64,000 nucleotides of DNA from Clostridia bacterium (GTDB taxonomy: Bacteria; Bacillota; Clostridia; Oscillospirales; Butyricicoccaceae): contig JAFYPP010000003.1 of NCBI GenBank assembly GCA_017559995.1, positions 1,015 to 65,014 on the forward strand, given 5' to 3'. Positions within the stretch are counted from its first letter, which is position 1, and every line of letters starts with the position of its first letter. Both the position numbers and the translations under genes were made by a program. Of the stretch, positions 9,330 to 19,000 are shown piece after piece. The notes beneath the pieces were generated by a model. The model saw nothing but the letters and a program-made list of their open reading frames with translations, ran no database searches and was not told the origin of the DNA.

Positions 9330-9361
9330 CAGGAGCCACCCTGCCGGAGGCTCCTGTTTTT
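9330..9361 (+). terminator. Rho-independent terminator after the MFS gene
   Basis: CAGGAGCC, an 11-nt loop, then GGCTCCTG followed by TTTTT. Confidence 0.7.
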
Positions 9362-9396
9362 GCGCTTTTCACCATGGGTTTTTACAGATAAAAAGG

Positions 9397-9425
9397 TTGA
9401 AATATACACCTCTCTATGCTAAAAT
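9397..9425 (+). promoter_or_regulatory. Sigma-A-type promoter of lon
   Basis: TTGAAA, a 17-nt spacer, then TAAAAT, about 50 nt upstream of the lon ATG. A short inverted repeat (TAGAG-N8-CTCTA, about 9434-9451) lies just downstream of the -10 element. It matches neither the CIRCE nor the CtsR consensus. Confidence 0.55.
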
Positions 9426-9477
9426 ATTATAATTAGAGTAAGAATGCTCTATCGTATCTTTCCACAGGAGGAACCCA

Positions 9478-11907
9478 ATGAAAGCAACACCCACTTTAAA
9501 CAAAGTCATCAATCAGGTTCCCACCCTCGCCCTGCGGGGAATCACCGTTTTTCCCGGCGCGCTCTTCCATTTTGACGTAGGCCGTCAGAAGTCTATCCGC
9601 GCCATGGAATACGCTATGGCCAACGGTCAGCGCATCTTCTTGGTCACCCAGAGAGACGTGTCGGTGGACAATCCCGGTCAGGCGGATCTGTATGACCTGG
9701 GCACCTACTGCAAGGTGCGCCAGATCCTCAAGATCCCCGGAGACAGCATCCGTGTTCTGGTGGAGGGCAAGCAGCGCGCCCTCATGCACGGTCTGGTGGA
9801 CGAGGAACCCTATCTGACTTCCGATATCGAACTGCTTCCCACCATGGAGATCAACCGTGTCACCAAGCGTGATCTGGCCATGGTGCGCAACGCCCAGGAA
9901 CTGTTCATGGAATACACCACTCTGGCCCCCCAGATGGCCAGCGACGTGATCATGCACGTGATGGCCGCCAAGGAGCCCGGACAGCTGTCCGACTATGTGG
10001 CGCAGAACGTGCAGATGAGTTTTGAAAACAAGCAGCGCATCCTGGAGATCCAGGAGCCCCGCCGCCGTATGGCCTTGCTGCTGCGCCTGCTGACCCAGGA
10101 GCTGGAGATCATGCATCTGGAGCAGGACATCCAGGACAAGGTCAAGGCCCAGATGGACAAGGGCCAGCGGGATTACTACCTGCGTGAGCAGATCAAAGCC
10201 ATCAACGAGGAACTGGGCGAAGGCGAGGACGCCGCGCAGGAAGCACAGGAGTACATGAATAAGATCGCCGCCAAAAATCTGCCCAAAGAGGTGGAGGAAA
10301 AGCTGGTGAAGGAGGTCAAGCGTCTGTCCAAGATGCAGACCACCTCTCCCGAAAGCGGCGTTTCCCGTACCTATCTGGATACCTGTCTGGACATTCCCTG
10401 GACCGAAAACCGTAAGGAAAACGACGACATCAAAAAGGCCCGTGCCATTTTGGATGAAGATCACTACGGTCTGGAGAAGGTCAAGGAGCGCATCCTGGAG
10501 TTTTTCGCCGTCAAGAACCTCACCGGCGGTGTCAAGGGCCAGATTCTCTGTCTGGCAGGCCCTCCCGGCGTCGGTAAGACCTCGGTGGCTCGCTCCATCG
10601 CCCGCTGCATGGGCCGTGACTACGCCCGTTTGAGCCTGGGCGGTGTCCGTGACGAAGCCGAGATCCGCGGTCATCGTAAAACCTACATCGGCGCCATGCC
10701 CGGCCGCATCATCACCGCCCTGCGGCAGGCCGGCAGCCGCAACTGCCTGATTCTGGTGGACGAGATCGACAAGCTGGGCTCCGACTACAAGGGCGATCCT
10801 TCCTCCGCTCTGCTGGAGGTCTTTGACACCGAGCAGAACGTGGCCTTCCGTGACCACTTCGTGGAGCTGCCCTTTGACCTCAGTGACGTTCTGTTCATCA
10901 CCACCGCCAACGACAAGCACGCCATCCCCGGCCCGCTGCTGGACCGTATGGAGGTCATCGATCTGCCCGGTTATACCGACATCGAGAAGGTGCAGATCGC
11001 GCGCCGCCATCTCATCCCCAAGCAGCTGAAGAAGCATGGCCTCCGTCCCCAGAACTTCCGGCTGGACGACGAAGCCCTGCGGATGGTCATTTCCTGCTAT
11101 ACCCGTGAAGCCGGTGTCCGTTCTCTGGAGCGTGAACTGGCCAAGCTGTGCCGCAAGACGGCAAAGCATATGAGCGAGAGCGGCAAGCGTTCTCTGCACT
11201 TTACCACCGACAACCTGCCCAAGTATCTGGGCACCCCGGTGTTCAAGCCCGAGCAGCCTCTGGAGACCCCCGAGTGCGGCGTGGTCAACGGTCTGGCCTG
11301 GACCTCCGCCGGCGGCGAAATGCTGGAAGTGGAAGTCAGCGCCGTGGACGGTACCGGCAAGGTGGTCACCACCGGCAATCTTGGCGACGTGATGAAGGAA
11401 TCCGCCCAGGCGGCCATCACCTACCTGAGAAGCCGTGCCGAAAAGCTGGATCTGCCCGCCGATTTCCATACCAAAAAGGATATCCACATTCACTTCCCCG
11501 AGGGCGCTGTGCCCAAGGACGGCCCCTCCGCCGGTATCACCACCGCCACCGCCGTCTATTCGGCCCTGACCGGCCGTCCCGTGCCCAAGACCTTTGCCAT
11601 GACCGGCGAAATTTCTCTCCGTGGCAGAGTGCTGGCCATCGGCGGTCTGCGGGAAAAGACCATGGCGGCCTACCGCAACCGTGCCACCACCGTCATCATC
11701 CCCGAGGACAACCGCAAGGATCTGGACGATATCGATCCCCTGGTGCGGGAAAATGTGTCTTTCGTCCTGGTCAACCATATGGATCAGGTGCTGGATACCG
11801 TGTTTGAACTCAATCACGCGGCGGCCGCTCCCATCAAGGAAGAACCCGTCCCCGCCATGCCGCCCCAGGCTGTCACTTCCAACGGACGCACCTCCATCCG
11901 TCAGTAA
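9478..11907 (+). CDS. lon: ATP-dependent Lon protease (LonA)
   Basis: 809 aa with an N-terminal LON substrate-binding domain and an AAA+ module (GPPGVGKTS Walker A, LILVDEIDK Walker B). The C-terminal protease domain carries PKDGPSAG, the catalytic Ser motif. Confidence 0.97.
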   Translation: MKATPTLNKVINQVPTLALRGITVFPGALFHFDVGRQKSIRAMEYAMANGQRIFLVTQRDVSVDNPGQADLYDLGTYCKVRQILKIPGDSIRVLVEGKQRALMHGLVDEEPYLTSDIELLPTMEINRVTKRDLAMVRNAQELFMEYTTLAPQMASDVIMHVMAAKEPGQLSDYVAQNVQMSFENKQRILEIQEPRRRMALLLRLLTQELEIMHLEQDIQDKVKAQMDKGQRDYYLREQIKAINEELGEGEDAAQEAQEYMNKIAAKNLPKEVEEKLVKEVKRLSKMQTTSPESGVSRTYLDTCLDIPWTENRKENDDIKKARAILDEDHYGLEKVKERILEFFAVKNLTGGVKGQILCLAGPPGVGKTSVARSIARCMGRDYARLSLGGVRDEAEIRGHRKTYIGAMPGRIITALRQAGSRNCLILVDEIDKLGSDYKGDPSSALLEVFDTEQNVAFRDHFVELPFDLSDVLFITTANDKHAIPGPLLDRMEVIDLPGYTDIEKVQIARRHLIPKQLKKHGLRPQNFRLDDEALRMVISCYTREAGVRSLERELAKLCRKTAKHMSESGKRSLHFTTDNLPKYLGTPVFKPEQPLETPECGVVNGLAWTSAGGEMLEVEVSAVDGTGKVVTTGNLGDVMKESAQAAITYLRSRAEKLDLPADFHTKKDIHIHFPEGAVPKDGPSAGITTATAVYSALTGRPVPKTFAMTGEISLRGRVLAIGGLREKTMAAYRNRATTVIIPEDNRKDLDDIDPLVRENVSFVLVNHMDQVLDTVFELNHAAAAPIKEEPVPAMPPQAVTSNGRTSIRQ

Positions 11908-11919
11908 GGAGAGGGAACT

Positions 11920-12513
11920 ATGGATTTTCGTAAAACAGAGTTTGTCCGCTCTGCCGCCAAGGCAAAGGATTTTCCCAACGACCCATCCCCCCGCGTGGTG
12001 TTCGTAGGCCGCTCCAACGTGGGCAAATCCTCCACCATCAACGCGGTGGTAGGGAAGAAGGGCTTCGCCCGTGTCAGCTCGGTCCCCGGAAAGACGGTGT
12101 TCGTCAACCTGTTCCGTGTGGATGAAAAGGGCTGGCTCATCGACCTGCCCGGTTACGGCTACTCCAAGACGTCCAAAGAGGAGCGGGAGCGCTACTCCAA
12201 CCTCATCGACGAGTATCTCACCGCCGATCAGGAAAATATCGTCCGTATTTATATGATCGTCGACGCCCGGCACAAACCCACCGCCGACGACGTGACCATG
12301 GTTCAGTGGGTCCGCCATTACGGCAGCCCCCTCACCGTGGTGGCCAACAAGCTGGACAAGCTGAAAAAGAGCGAGATCGAGCCCAATCTGGCCCGCATCC
12401 GGGAAGTTCTGATGCTGGGCGAGGAGGATGTGCTCATCCCGTTCTCGGCCGAAAAAGGTACCAATTGTGATTTATTAAAAGCAGATATTCAAAAAGCAAT
12501 AGAGGAGAATTGA
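11920..12513 (+). CDS. engB: Ribosome-biogenesis GTPase YihA/YsxC (EngB)
   Basis: 197 aa with GRSNVGKSS (G1), DLPGYG (G3) and NKLDK (G4). It sits in the classic position directly after lon. Confidence 0.93.
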   Translation: MDFRKTEFVRSAAKAKDFPNDPSPRVVFVGRSNVGKSSTINAVVGKKGFARVSSVPGKTVFVNLFRVDEKGWLIDLPGYGYSKTSKEERERYSNLIDEYLTADQENIVRIYMIVDARHKPTADDVTMVQWVRHYGSPLTVVANKLDKLKKSEIEPNLARIREVLMLGEEDVLIPFSAEKGTNCDLLKADIQKAIEEN

Positions 12514-12514
12514 T

Positions 12515-13825
12515 ATGAAAACCTACTACAGCAAGCATTTCACCATCGCTGAAAACGGTCATCTGCACATGGACGGCGTCGACCTGATCGACGTGGCCAA
12601 GCAGTACGGCACTCCCGCTTATGTCATGAGCGAGAGCCAGCTGCGCGAGAACTGCCGCGAGTTCACCACCGCCATGAAGCGCAACTTCGGCGAGAACTAC
12701 AAGGTCGCTTACGCCAGCAAGGCCCTGTGCGCCCGCTTCCTGTATCCCATCCTGGCTTCCGAAGGCATCCACGCCGACGTGGTTTCCGGCGGCGAGCTGT
12801 ACACCGCTCTGAAGGCCGGTTTCAACCCCAAGCACCTGCACTTCCACGGCAACAACAAGACCGTTGCCGAGCTGGAAATGGCTGTTGAGTGCGGCATCGG
12901 CTCCATCATCATCGACGCTTTCGAAGAGGTCGACCGCATCGAAGCCATCTGCGCCAAGAAGGGCGTGAAGCAGCGCGTTCTGTTCCGCGTGAAGCCCGGC
13001 GTCCACGCTGATACCCACGAGTTCATCTCCACCGGCCAGAACGACTGCAAGTTCGGTTTCGGTATCGAGGACGGCGACGCTATGCGTATGTCCAAGTACA
13101 TCCTGGAGCATGAGCATCTGGAGTTCGCCGGCCTGCACTGCCATATCGGTTCTCAGGTCTTCTCCATCGACGGCTTTGCCCGCGCTGCCAAGATCATGTT
13201 CGACTTCTTCTGCAAGGTCGAGAACGAGCTGAACATCAAGATGGAAGAGCTGATCGTCGGCGGCGGCTTCGGCGTCAAGTACATGCCCGAAGACGAGCCC
13301 GGCACCTTCAGCGAGAAGATCGACGCCATGGGCGAAGTCCTGCGCGCCGAGGCTGCCAAGGTCGGCCGTGAGGTTCCCGAGATCGTCATCGAGCCCGGCC
13401 GTTCCATGGTTTGCGCCGCCGGCTGCACCCTGTACACCGTCGGTTCCGTCCGCGACATCAAGGACGCCCGTTCCTATGTCTCTGTTGACGGCGGTCTGCC
13501 CGATAACCCCCGTTTCGCTCTGTATCAGGCCGCTTACGACGCCGTTGTCGCCAACCGCGCCGACGCTCCCAAGGACAAGCTGCAGACCATCGCCGGCCGT
13601 TGCTGCGAGTCCGGTGACCTGGTTGCCCGTGACCTGATGTTCCAGACCGCCAAGGCCGAGGACATCCTGTGCGTCTTCGCTACCGGTGCTTACAACTTCT
13701 CCATGGCTTCCAACTACAACCGTGTTCCCCGCGCTCCCATCGTGCTGGTGAAGGAAGACGGTACCACTCAGGAAGTCGTCCGTCGTGAGACCTACGAAGA
13801 CCTGATCCGCAACGATATCGTCTAA
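12515..13825 (+). CDS. lysA: Diaminopimelate decarboxylase
   Basis: 436 aa, a PLP-dependent group IV decarboxylase. Blocks present include YASKA, HCHIGSQ, GGGFGV, EPGR and CESGD. Confidence 0.93.
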   Translation: MKTYYSKHFTIAENGHLHMDGVDLIDVAKQYGTPAYVMSESQLRENCREFTTAMKRNFGENYKVAYASKALCARFLYPILASEGIHADVVSGGELYTALKAGFNPKHLHFHGNNKTVAELEMAVECGIGSIIIDAFEEVDRIEAICAKKGVKQRVLFRVKPGVHADTHEFISTGQNDCKFGFGIEDGDAMRMSKYILEHEHLEFAGLHCHIGSQVFSIDGFARAAKIMFDFFCKVENELNIKMEELIVGGGFGVKYMPEDEPGTFSEKIDAMGEVLRAEAAKVGREVPEIVIEPGRSMVCAAGCTLYTVGSVRDIKDARSYVSVDGGLPDNPRFALYQAAYDAVVANRADAPKDKLQTIAGRCCESGDLVARDLMFQTAKAEDILCVFATGAYNFSMASNYNRVPRAPIVLVKEDGTTQEVVRRETYEDLIRNDIV

Positions 13826-13834
13826 TCAACTTTC

Positions 13835-13864
13835 TCGGAGGATGCACCCATGGGTGCATCCTCC
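13835..13864 (+). terminator. Perfect 30-nt palindrome / hairpin after lysA
   Basis: CGGAGGATGCACCCA|TGGGTGCATCCTCCG forms a 15-bp perfect stem with no loop mismatch. It is not followed by a U-tract (GATAATTC). Confidence 0.5.
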
Positions 13865-13889
13865 GGATAATTCTAAAAGGAGGTAGCAG

Positions 13890-14669
13890 ATGAAAGAAGT
13901 AACGTTCCGTCTGGAGGTCTTTGAAGGCCCTCTGGATCTGCTTTTGCATCTGCTCTCCAAAAACAAGGTGGAGATCAAGGACATCCCCATCGCTTCCATC
14001 CTGGATCAGTACCTGGAGTACATTCGCAAGATGGAAGAGTTCGATCTGGACGTGGCCGCCGAGTTCATCACCATGGCCGCCCAGTTGATGTACATCAAGT
14101 CCAAGATGCTGCTGCCCGTCTATGAGGACGAGGCGGAAGAGGATCCCCGGGCAAGCCTGGTGGAAGCCCTGCTGGAGTACCAGCGCATCAAGGAAGCCGG
14201 CAGCGCCCTCAGCCTGCGGGCGCAGATCGGCCGGGACATCTTCGTCAAAGGCCAGGAACAGCTGGAGAAGGAACATTGTTCCTTTACCGGCAGTTATTCC
14301 TATGAGGTGCTCACCCGGGCGCTGGATGACATCCTGCAGCGTGCCCAGCGCAAACTGCCGCCGCCGGTGACCGCCTTTCAGGGCATCGTTGGCCGTGAAA
14401 CCGTTCCCGTGGACGAAAAGATCGGCCAGATCGTGCAGATGTTCGTTCACAAATCCAGATTGAGTTTTGAGCAGCTGGTTCTGTCCGCCCAAAGCCGCTC
14501 GGAGATCGTGGCGATCTTCCTTGCGGTACTGGAGCTTTCCAAAACCAGAAAAATCATGATCGAGGACACCGAAGAGGGCGATTGCACCCTTCGGCTGGCC
14601 ACAAAGGAGGAGCAGGCGCTGACGGCGCCCCAGGTGGAACATGATCGAGAAGACGACGGAATTGCGTGA
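13890..14669 (+). CDS. scpA: Segregation and condensation protein A
   Basis: 259 aa. FEGPLDLLLHLLSKNKVEIKDIPIA is the canonical ScpA N-terminus. SD AAGGAGG is present. Confidence 0.93.
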   Translation: MKEVTFRLEVFEGPLDLLLHLLSKNKVEIKDIPIASILDQYLEYIRKMEEFDLDVAAEFITMAAQLMYIKSKMLLPVYEDEAEEDPRASLVEALLEYQRIKEAGSALSLRAQIGRDIFVKGQEQLEKEHCSFTGSYSYEVLTRALDDILQRAQRKLPPPVTAFQGIVGRETVPVDEKIGQIVQMFVHKSRLSFEQLVLSAQSRSEIVAIFLAVLELSKTRKIMIEDTEEGDCTLRLATKEEQALTAPQVEHDREDDGIA

Positions 14670-15255
14670 GTTGGAATGCGCGCTGGAGGCAGTGTTGTTT
14701 GCCGCCGGCGATTCGGTGAGCGAAGGCAAGCTGTGCGCCGTGCTGGACTGCGACAAGCAGGCGCTGCGGACCGCCGCCCAGAATCTCGCCGACTATTACG
14801 ACTTCAATCTGCGGGGCATTAAGCTGCTCAAGTTGGATGACCGATATCAGCTGGCCTCCCGGGCAGACTATGCCCAGGCGGTGCGCAGCACGCTGGAGAC
14901 CCGCAAGCCGCAGAATCTGACCCCTGCCGCGTTGGAAGTACTTGCCATCGTTGCCTACAAGCAGCCTGTCACCAAGATCTATATCGAACAGGTTCGCGGC
15001 GTAGACAGCGCCTATACCTTGAGCAGTCTGGTAGACAAGGGCCTGGTGGAGGATTGCGGCCGTCTGGACGTTCCCGGCAGACCCATTCTGTACCAGACTA
15101 CCGAAACCTTTCTGCGTGCCTTTGGCTTGAGTTCCGTGAGCCAGCTGCCTGCGCTGGAATCCTTTGGCGAACCCGATCCCCAGCAGATGACCTTCCGGGA
15201 GCTGGAAGAACAGAACGCGGCGGAACAGAGCGAGATCTCCGAGGAGGATGTCTGA
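14641..15255 (+). CDS. scpB: Segregation and condensation protein B
   Basis: 204 aa with LEAVLFAAGD and EVLAIVAYKQPVTKIYIEQVRGV blocks. It overlaps the scpA stop. Confidence 0.92.
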   Translation: MIEKTTELRELECALEAVLFAAGDSVSEGKLCAVLDCDKQALRTAAQNLADYYDFNLRGIKLLKLDDRYQLASRADYAQAVRSTLETRKPQNLTPAALEVLAIVAYKQPVTKIYIEQVRGVDSAYTLSSLVDKGLVEDCGRLDVPGRPILYQTTETFLRAFGLSSVSQLPALESFGEPDPQQMTFRELEEQNAAEQSEISEEDV

Positions 15256-15895
15256 TTTGCTGAGCATTCTTGGGTGGGTGCTGTTGAGCATCCTGCTGTT
15301 TGTGCTTTTTCTTTTGCTCCTTCCGATACACACCCGTGTGCGCTATGACGGCGCTGTGCAGGTGTGGGCAGGAATGGGGCCGGTTTCTCTGCGGATTTAT
15401 CTGCTGAAGAAAAAGAAAAGCAAACCCAAAAAAGAAAAAACACAAGGGGCAGAGAAAACAGGGAAGGCCGACAAGCCCAAAAAGAAGCTTACGCTGGAAA
15501 TCATTTTTGACTTGATCAAACTGGGCGTGGAAGCGTTGGGTACACTGAAGCGGCAACTGGTACTGTCCAATCTCACCGTCCAATTGAAGATCGGGGACAA
15601 AGATGCCGCGAAAACAGCCATCCTATACGGACGTGTTGCTGCGGCGGTTTCCTCGCTGTATCCCATCCTGGAGCGAAATCTTCGCATCAAAAAGACCGAT
15701 ATCGCGGTAGATGCCGACTTTGACGGCGGAAAAACCGACCTTTTGGCGGATATCACCCTTGCGGTTTGTCCGCTGCGGCTGCTGTTGGCATCGGTGGTGT
15801 TACTGTTCCACTTCCTGAAAATCCGTAAGAAAATCAAATTGCATAACCAACCCACAGAAGAGAAAGGTGGCATAACTCATGAGCAGCATCAATGA
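15248..15895 (+). CDS. DUF2953/YtfI-like sporulation membrane protein
   Basis: 215 aa with an N-terminal TM, a Lys-rich linker (KKKKSKPKKEK...) and the position scpB-ytfI-ytfJ that is conserved in sporeformers. The exact start is uncertain (ATG 15248 or TTG 15257). Confidence 0.6.
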   Translation: MSDLLSILGWVLLSILLFVLFLLLLPIHTRVRYDGAVQVWAGMGPVSLRIYLLKKKKSKPKKEKTQGAEKTGKADKPKKKLTLEIIFDLIKLGVEALGTLKRQLVLSNLTVQLKIGDKDAAKTAILYGRVAAAVSSLYPILERNLRIKKTDIAVDADFDGGKTDLLADITLAVCPLRLLLASVVLLFHFLKIRKKIKLHNQPTEEKGGITHEQHQ

Positions 15896-16250
15896 CGCAA
15901 TGAACCTGACCATGCAGAAGCTCCGTGAAATGATCGACGTCAATACCGTGGTAGGCCAGCCCATCACCACCCCCGACGGTACGACCCTCATCCCGGTGTC
16001 CAAGGTCACCTTTGGCTTTGCTTCCGGCGGTACCGACGGCACCAACATTCGTTTTGGTGCCGGCAGCGGTGCGGGCGTTACCATTAGTCCCCAGGCCTTC
16101 GTTGTCATCTCCAACGGCAACGTGCGCATGCTGTACGTGGATCCTCCCGCAAACAGCACGCTGGACAAGGCCGTGGATATGATCCCCGGTATCGTCGACA
16201 AGTTCCACTTTATGAAGAAGGACAAAACCGAGGAGAACCCTGTTTATTAA
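15879..16250 (+). CDS. ytfJ: GerW/YtfJ-family sporulation protein
   Basis: 123 aa. The block VVGQPITTPDGTTLIPVSKVTFGFASGG is the typical YtfJ/GerW core. Confidence 0.85.
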   Translation: MSSINDAMNLTMQKLREMIDVNTVVGQPITTPDGTTLIPVSKVTFGFASGGTDGTNIRFGAGSGAGVTISPQAFVVISNGNVRMLYVDPPANSTLDKAVDMIPGIVDKFHFMKKDKTEENPVY

Positions 16251-16278
16251 GACCGCATAATTCCGTTCACCTGCCCGT

Positions 16279-17412
16279 ATGGTATATGGGCAGGTGATTG
16301 TCTTGATAAAACGGACCTTATTTACATTCCTTTGCTTGCTGGCGTTCTCAATATTTCCCGCAAAAGCAGGTGAAATACCGCAGATCAGCGCCGCGAGCGC
16401 CGTACTGTATGACCCGTTGAGCGGAATGGTGCTGTATGAAAAAGATGCCGGTACCCGTCGTGGAATGGCCAGCACCACAAAAATCATGACGGCGCTGGTG
16501 GCTTTGGAACAGTACGATATGACACAAACCGTGGAGATCAAACGGGAATGGTGCGGTATCGAAGGCTCCAGTATGTACCTGCGGGCAGGGGAGCGCCTTA
16601 CGGTGTCTGACTTGCTGTACGGTTTGCTGCTGGCCAGCGGAAATGACGCCGCTACGGCACTGGCCGGGATGCATCCCGGCGGAGCAGATGCTTTCGTATC
16701 ACAAATGAACGAAAAAGCTGCGGAACTGTCACTGACAGATACCCATTTTGAGAACCCCAGCGGTCTCGACGGCGAGAGCCATTTCACCACGGCGCTGGAA
16801 CTTGCGAAACTGACCGCCGAGGCCATGAAAAATCCGGCATTCGCGCGCATCGTCTCCACGAAAGCTATTTCTGTCGCAGGCCGCGCACTGCAGAACCACA
16901 ACCGCTTATTGACGGACATCGGCGCCTGCGGCGTAAAGACCGGTTACACCAAAGCCTGTGGGCGATGTCTGGTCTCCGCCAAGGAGCAAAACGGCAGAAT
17001 GCTCATCTGCGTTACGCTGAACGCCCCCAACGACTGGCAGGATCACACCGCGTTGTACGCATACGGGTTTTCTCTGTATCGCCTGTACGATGTGCTGGGG
17101 GCAGGGGATTGCGGCTCCGTGCCGCTGATCTCCTCCACAAAAAACACCGCCCGGTTGTACTGCGCGGAGAGCGCCTCCCTTTGGCTGACCGAAGCCGAGG
17201 CGGAACAGATCACCACGGTGCTCTGCGGCCCCCGCTTCTGGTACGGCGCCACCCATGCCGGAGCGCCCTACGGAACGATCCGGATCAGGCTGGGCAGGGA
17301 AGTGCTGTGGGAAGGACCCGTATATTTTGCCGATCAATCCGAAGAAGTGCAGCCGGAAACCACCGGCTGGAACCGTTTTTTGAACATATTGTTTAGGAGT
17401 AGAGAACATTGA
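16279..17412 (+). CDS. D-alanyl-D-alanine carboxypeptidase (S11, low-MW PBP, DacB-like)
   Basis: 377 aa with a signal/TM N-terminus, the SxxK active site (MASTTKIMTA), SGN (LLASGND) and KTG (VKTGYT). The start codon is uncertain: there is no SD at 16279, and TTG 16303 is an alternative. Confidence 0.88.
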   Translation: MVYGQVIVLIKRTLFTFLCLLAFSIFPAKAGEIPQISAASAVLYDPLSGMVLYEKDAGTRRGMASTTKIMTALVALEQYDMTQTVEIKREWCGIEGSSMYLRAGERLTVSDLLYGLLLASGNDAATALAGMHPGGADAFVSQMNEKAAELSLTDTHFENPSGLDGESHFTTALELAKLTAEAMKNPAFARIVSTKAISVAGRALQNHNRLLTDIGACGVKTGYTKACGRCLVSAKEQNGRMLICVTLNAPNDWQDHTALYAYGFSLYRLYDVLGAGDCGSVPLISSTKNTARLYCAESASLWLTEAEAEQITTVLCGPRFWYGATHAGAPYGTIRIRLGREVLWEGPVYFADQSEEVQPETTGWNRFLNILFRSREH

Positions 17413-18128
17413 AGGAACGACTTCAAAAAATTCTTTCCGCCGCGGGTATTTGCTCCCGCAGAGCGGCCGAAACCTATATCACCGAAGGCCGTGTAAAGGT
17501 TAACGGCATTACAGCCAATCTGGGCGAAAGTGCCGACCCGGACACCGATGAAATTCTGGTGGACGGCCGTCCTCTGGGCAAAAAAGCGCCTCGTCTGACC
17601 TATATCATGCTGAACAAGCCCCGTGGGTATGTGACCACCCTGTCTGACGAGGCCGGCCGCAAGACAGTTGCCGATCTCATCGGCGACGTTCCCGAGCGTG
17701 TCTATCCCGTGGGTCGTCTGGATATGCATTCCGAAGGCCTGCTGCTGCTGACCAATGACGGTCAGTTGGCACACAGCCTGATGCACCCCTCCCATGAGGT
17801 GTATAAGGAATATCTGGTCAAGCTGACCCCTGATGAAGAGGGTCTGCCTTCTCCCGAAAAGCCTCTGTCCGGCGTGATCGAACTGGACGGAGAGCGCCTG
17901 CTGCCCGCCAAATGCCGCCTGCTGTCCAAGACAGATAACGGCTATATCATGACCATTTCCATTCGCCAGGGCAAAAACCGCCAGATCCGCCGTATGTGCG
18001 CCAAATGCGGATACACCGTCAATTCCCTCAAACGTGTTTCCGAGGGCGACGTGAAGCTGGCCGATCTTCCCAGTGGCCGCTGGCGCTATCTCACCGAAGC
18101 GGAAGTCCGCTATTTAAAATCGCTGTAA
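17409..18128 (+). CDS. rluB: rRNA pseudouridine synthase (RluB/RsuA family)
   Basis: 239 aa with a TTG start and a TAGGAG SD. An S4 domain is present (RLQKILSAAGICSRRAAE) and the catalytic block is VGRLDMHSEGLLLLTNDG. Confidence 0.9.
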   Translation: MKERLQKILSAAGICSRRAAETYITEGRVKVNGITANLGESADPDTDEILVDGRPLGKKAPRLTYIMLNKPRGYVTTLSDEAGRKTVADLIGDVPERVYPVGRLDMHSEGLLLLTNDGQLAHSLMHPSHEVYKEYLVKLTPDEEGLPSPEKPLSGVIELDGERLLPAKCRLLSKTDNGYIMTISIRQGKNRQIRRMCAKCGYTVNSLKRVSEGDVKLADLPSGRWRYLTEAEVRYLKSL

Positions 18129-18155
18129 GAAGTAGAAAGAGTTGGGGGTGGATCC

Positions 18156-18998
18156 ATGAAACGGATCAACGAAGCAATCGCTGAAAAGGCCAACGGCTTT
18201 ACAAAAGGACAGCACCTTTTGGCACGGTTCATTACCGAACATTGCGACAAAGCGGCCTTCATGAGTTCCTTTGACTTGGCGGCCGTTACCGGCGTCAGCC
18301 AGTCTACCGTCATTCGCTTTGCCTCCGCGCTGGGCTATCAGGGCTACGGCGATTTTCAGGACGCTTTGCAGGTGGAGCTGAAGTACCGGCTCACCACGCT
18401 GGAGCGTTTTGAACTGGTGGAAGAGAACAGTTCCAGCGACGCCGAGATGCTGAACAACATCGCCATGCACGACGCCATGAACATCAAGAAAAATCTCAGC
18501 CTGAATCCCATGGACGCGCTGCACAACCTGTGTACGCGGCTGATGCTTTCCGGCAAGATCTATCTCTACGGCCAGGGCTTCGCATCGCCTGCCGCCATGT
18601 ATCTGGCGTCTTATCTGCGTATTCTGCTGCCCAATGTCTGCTGTATCAACCAGCTTGGACAGGAGCCGCTCAGCAGCGCCGCCGGAATGGATGCCGGCGA
18701 TCTGCTCCTGTGCATCGGTTTTCCCGCCCACCAGCGCACGACGCTGGAATTGCTGGCCTACGCCCGGGAACAGGAGGTCTGCACCGCCATCATCAGCGAA
18801 AGTCACGATTCGCCCCTGGCGAAAGAGGCCGATATCAGCCTGATCGCCGAGTGCGGCGACTTTGGTCTGGGCGGCAGCATCGCGCCGCTGATCTCTCTGT
18901 GCAGTATGATCGTCTGCCTGCTGTCCAAAACCGATGACAAGGCCCAGCGAAAGCTGAACACCTTTACAGCGGCAACCCAGTTTCAAATCAAGGAGTAA
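18156..18998 (+). CDS. MurR/RpiR-family transcriptional regulator (HTH + SIS)
   Basis: 280 aa with an HTH_6 block (VSQSTVIRFASALGYQGYGDFQ) and a C-terminal SIS sugar-phosphate binding fold. Confidence 0.85.
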   Translation: MKRINEAIAEKANGFTKGQHLLARFITEHCDKAAFMSSFDLAAVTGVSQSTVIRFASALGYQGYGDFQDALQVELKYRLTTLERFELVEENSSSDAEMLNNIAMHDAMNIKKNLSLNPMDALHNLCTRLMLSGKIYLYGQGFASPAAMYLASYLRILLPNVCCINQLGQEPLSSAAGMDAGDLLLCIGFPAHQRTTLELLAYAREQEVCTAIISESHDSPLAKEADISLIAECGDFGLGGSIAPLISLCSMIVCLLSKTDDKAQRKLNTFTAATQFQIKE

Positions 18999-19000
18999 CC

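Noticed and set aside
9361-9477. A CIRCE (HrcA) or CtsR operator upstream of lon.
   Set aside because: Only a short TAGAG-N8-CTCTA repeat is present. It matches neither TTAGCACTC-N9-GAGTGCTAA nor the GTCAAA direct-repeat CtsR box.
12500-12530. A lysine (L-box) riboswitch upstream of lysA or dapA, and a preQ1 riboswitch upstream of queA/tgt.
   Set aside because: lysA starts 1 nt after engB. dapA starts 38 nt after the gerB-type gene. queA starts 10 nt after the SpoIID-like gene. There is no room for a riboswitch leader in any of these.
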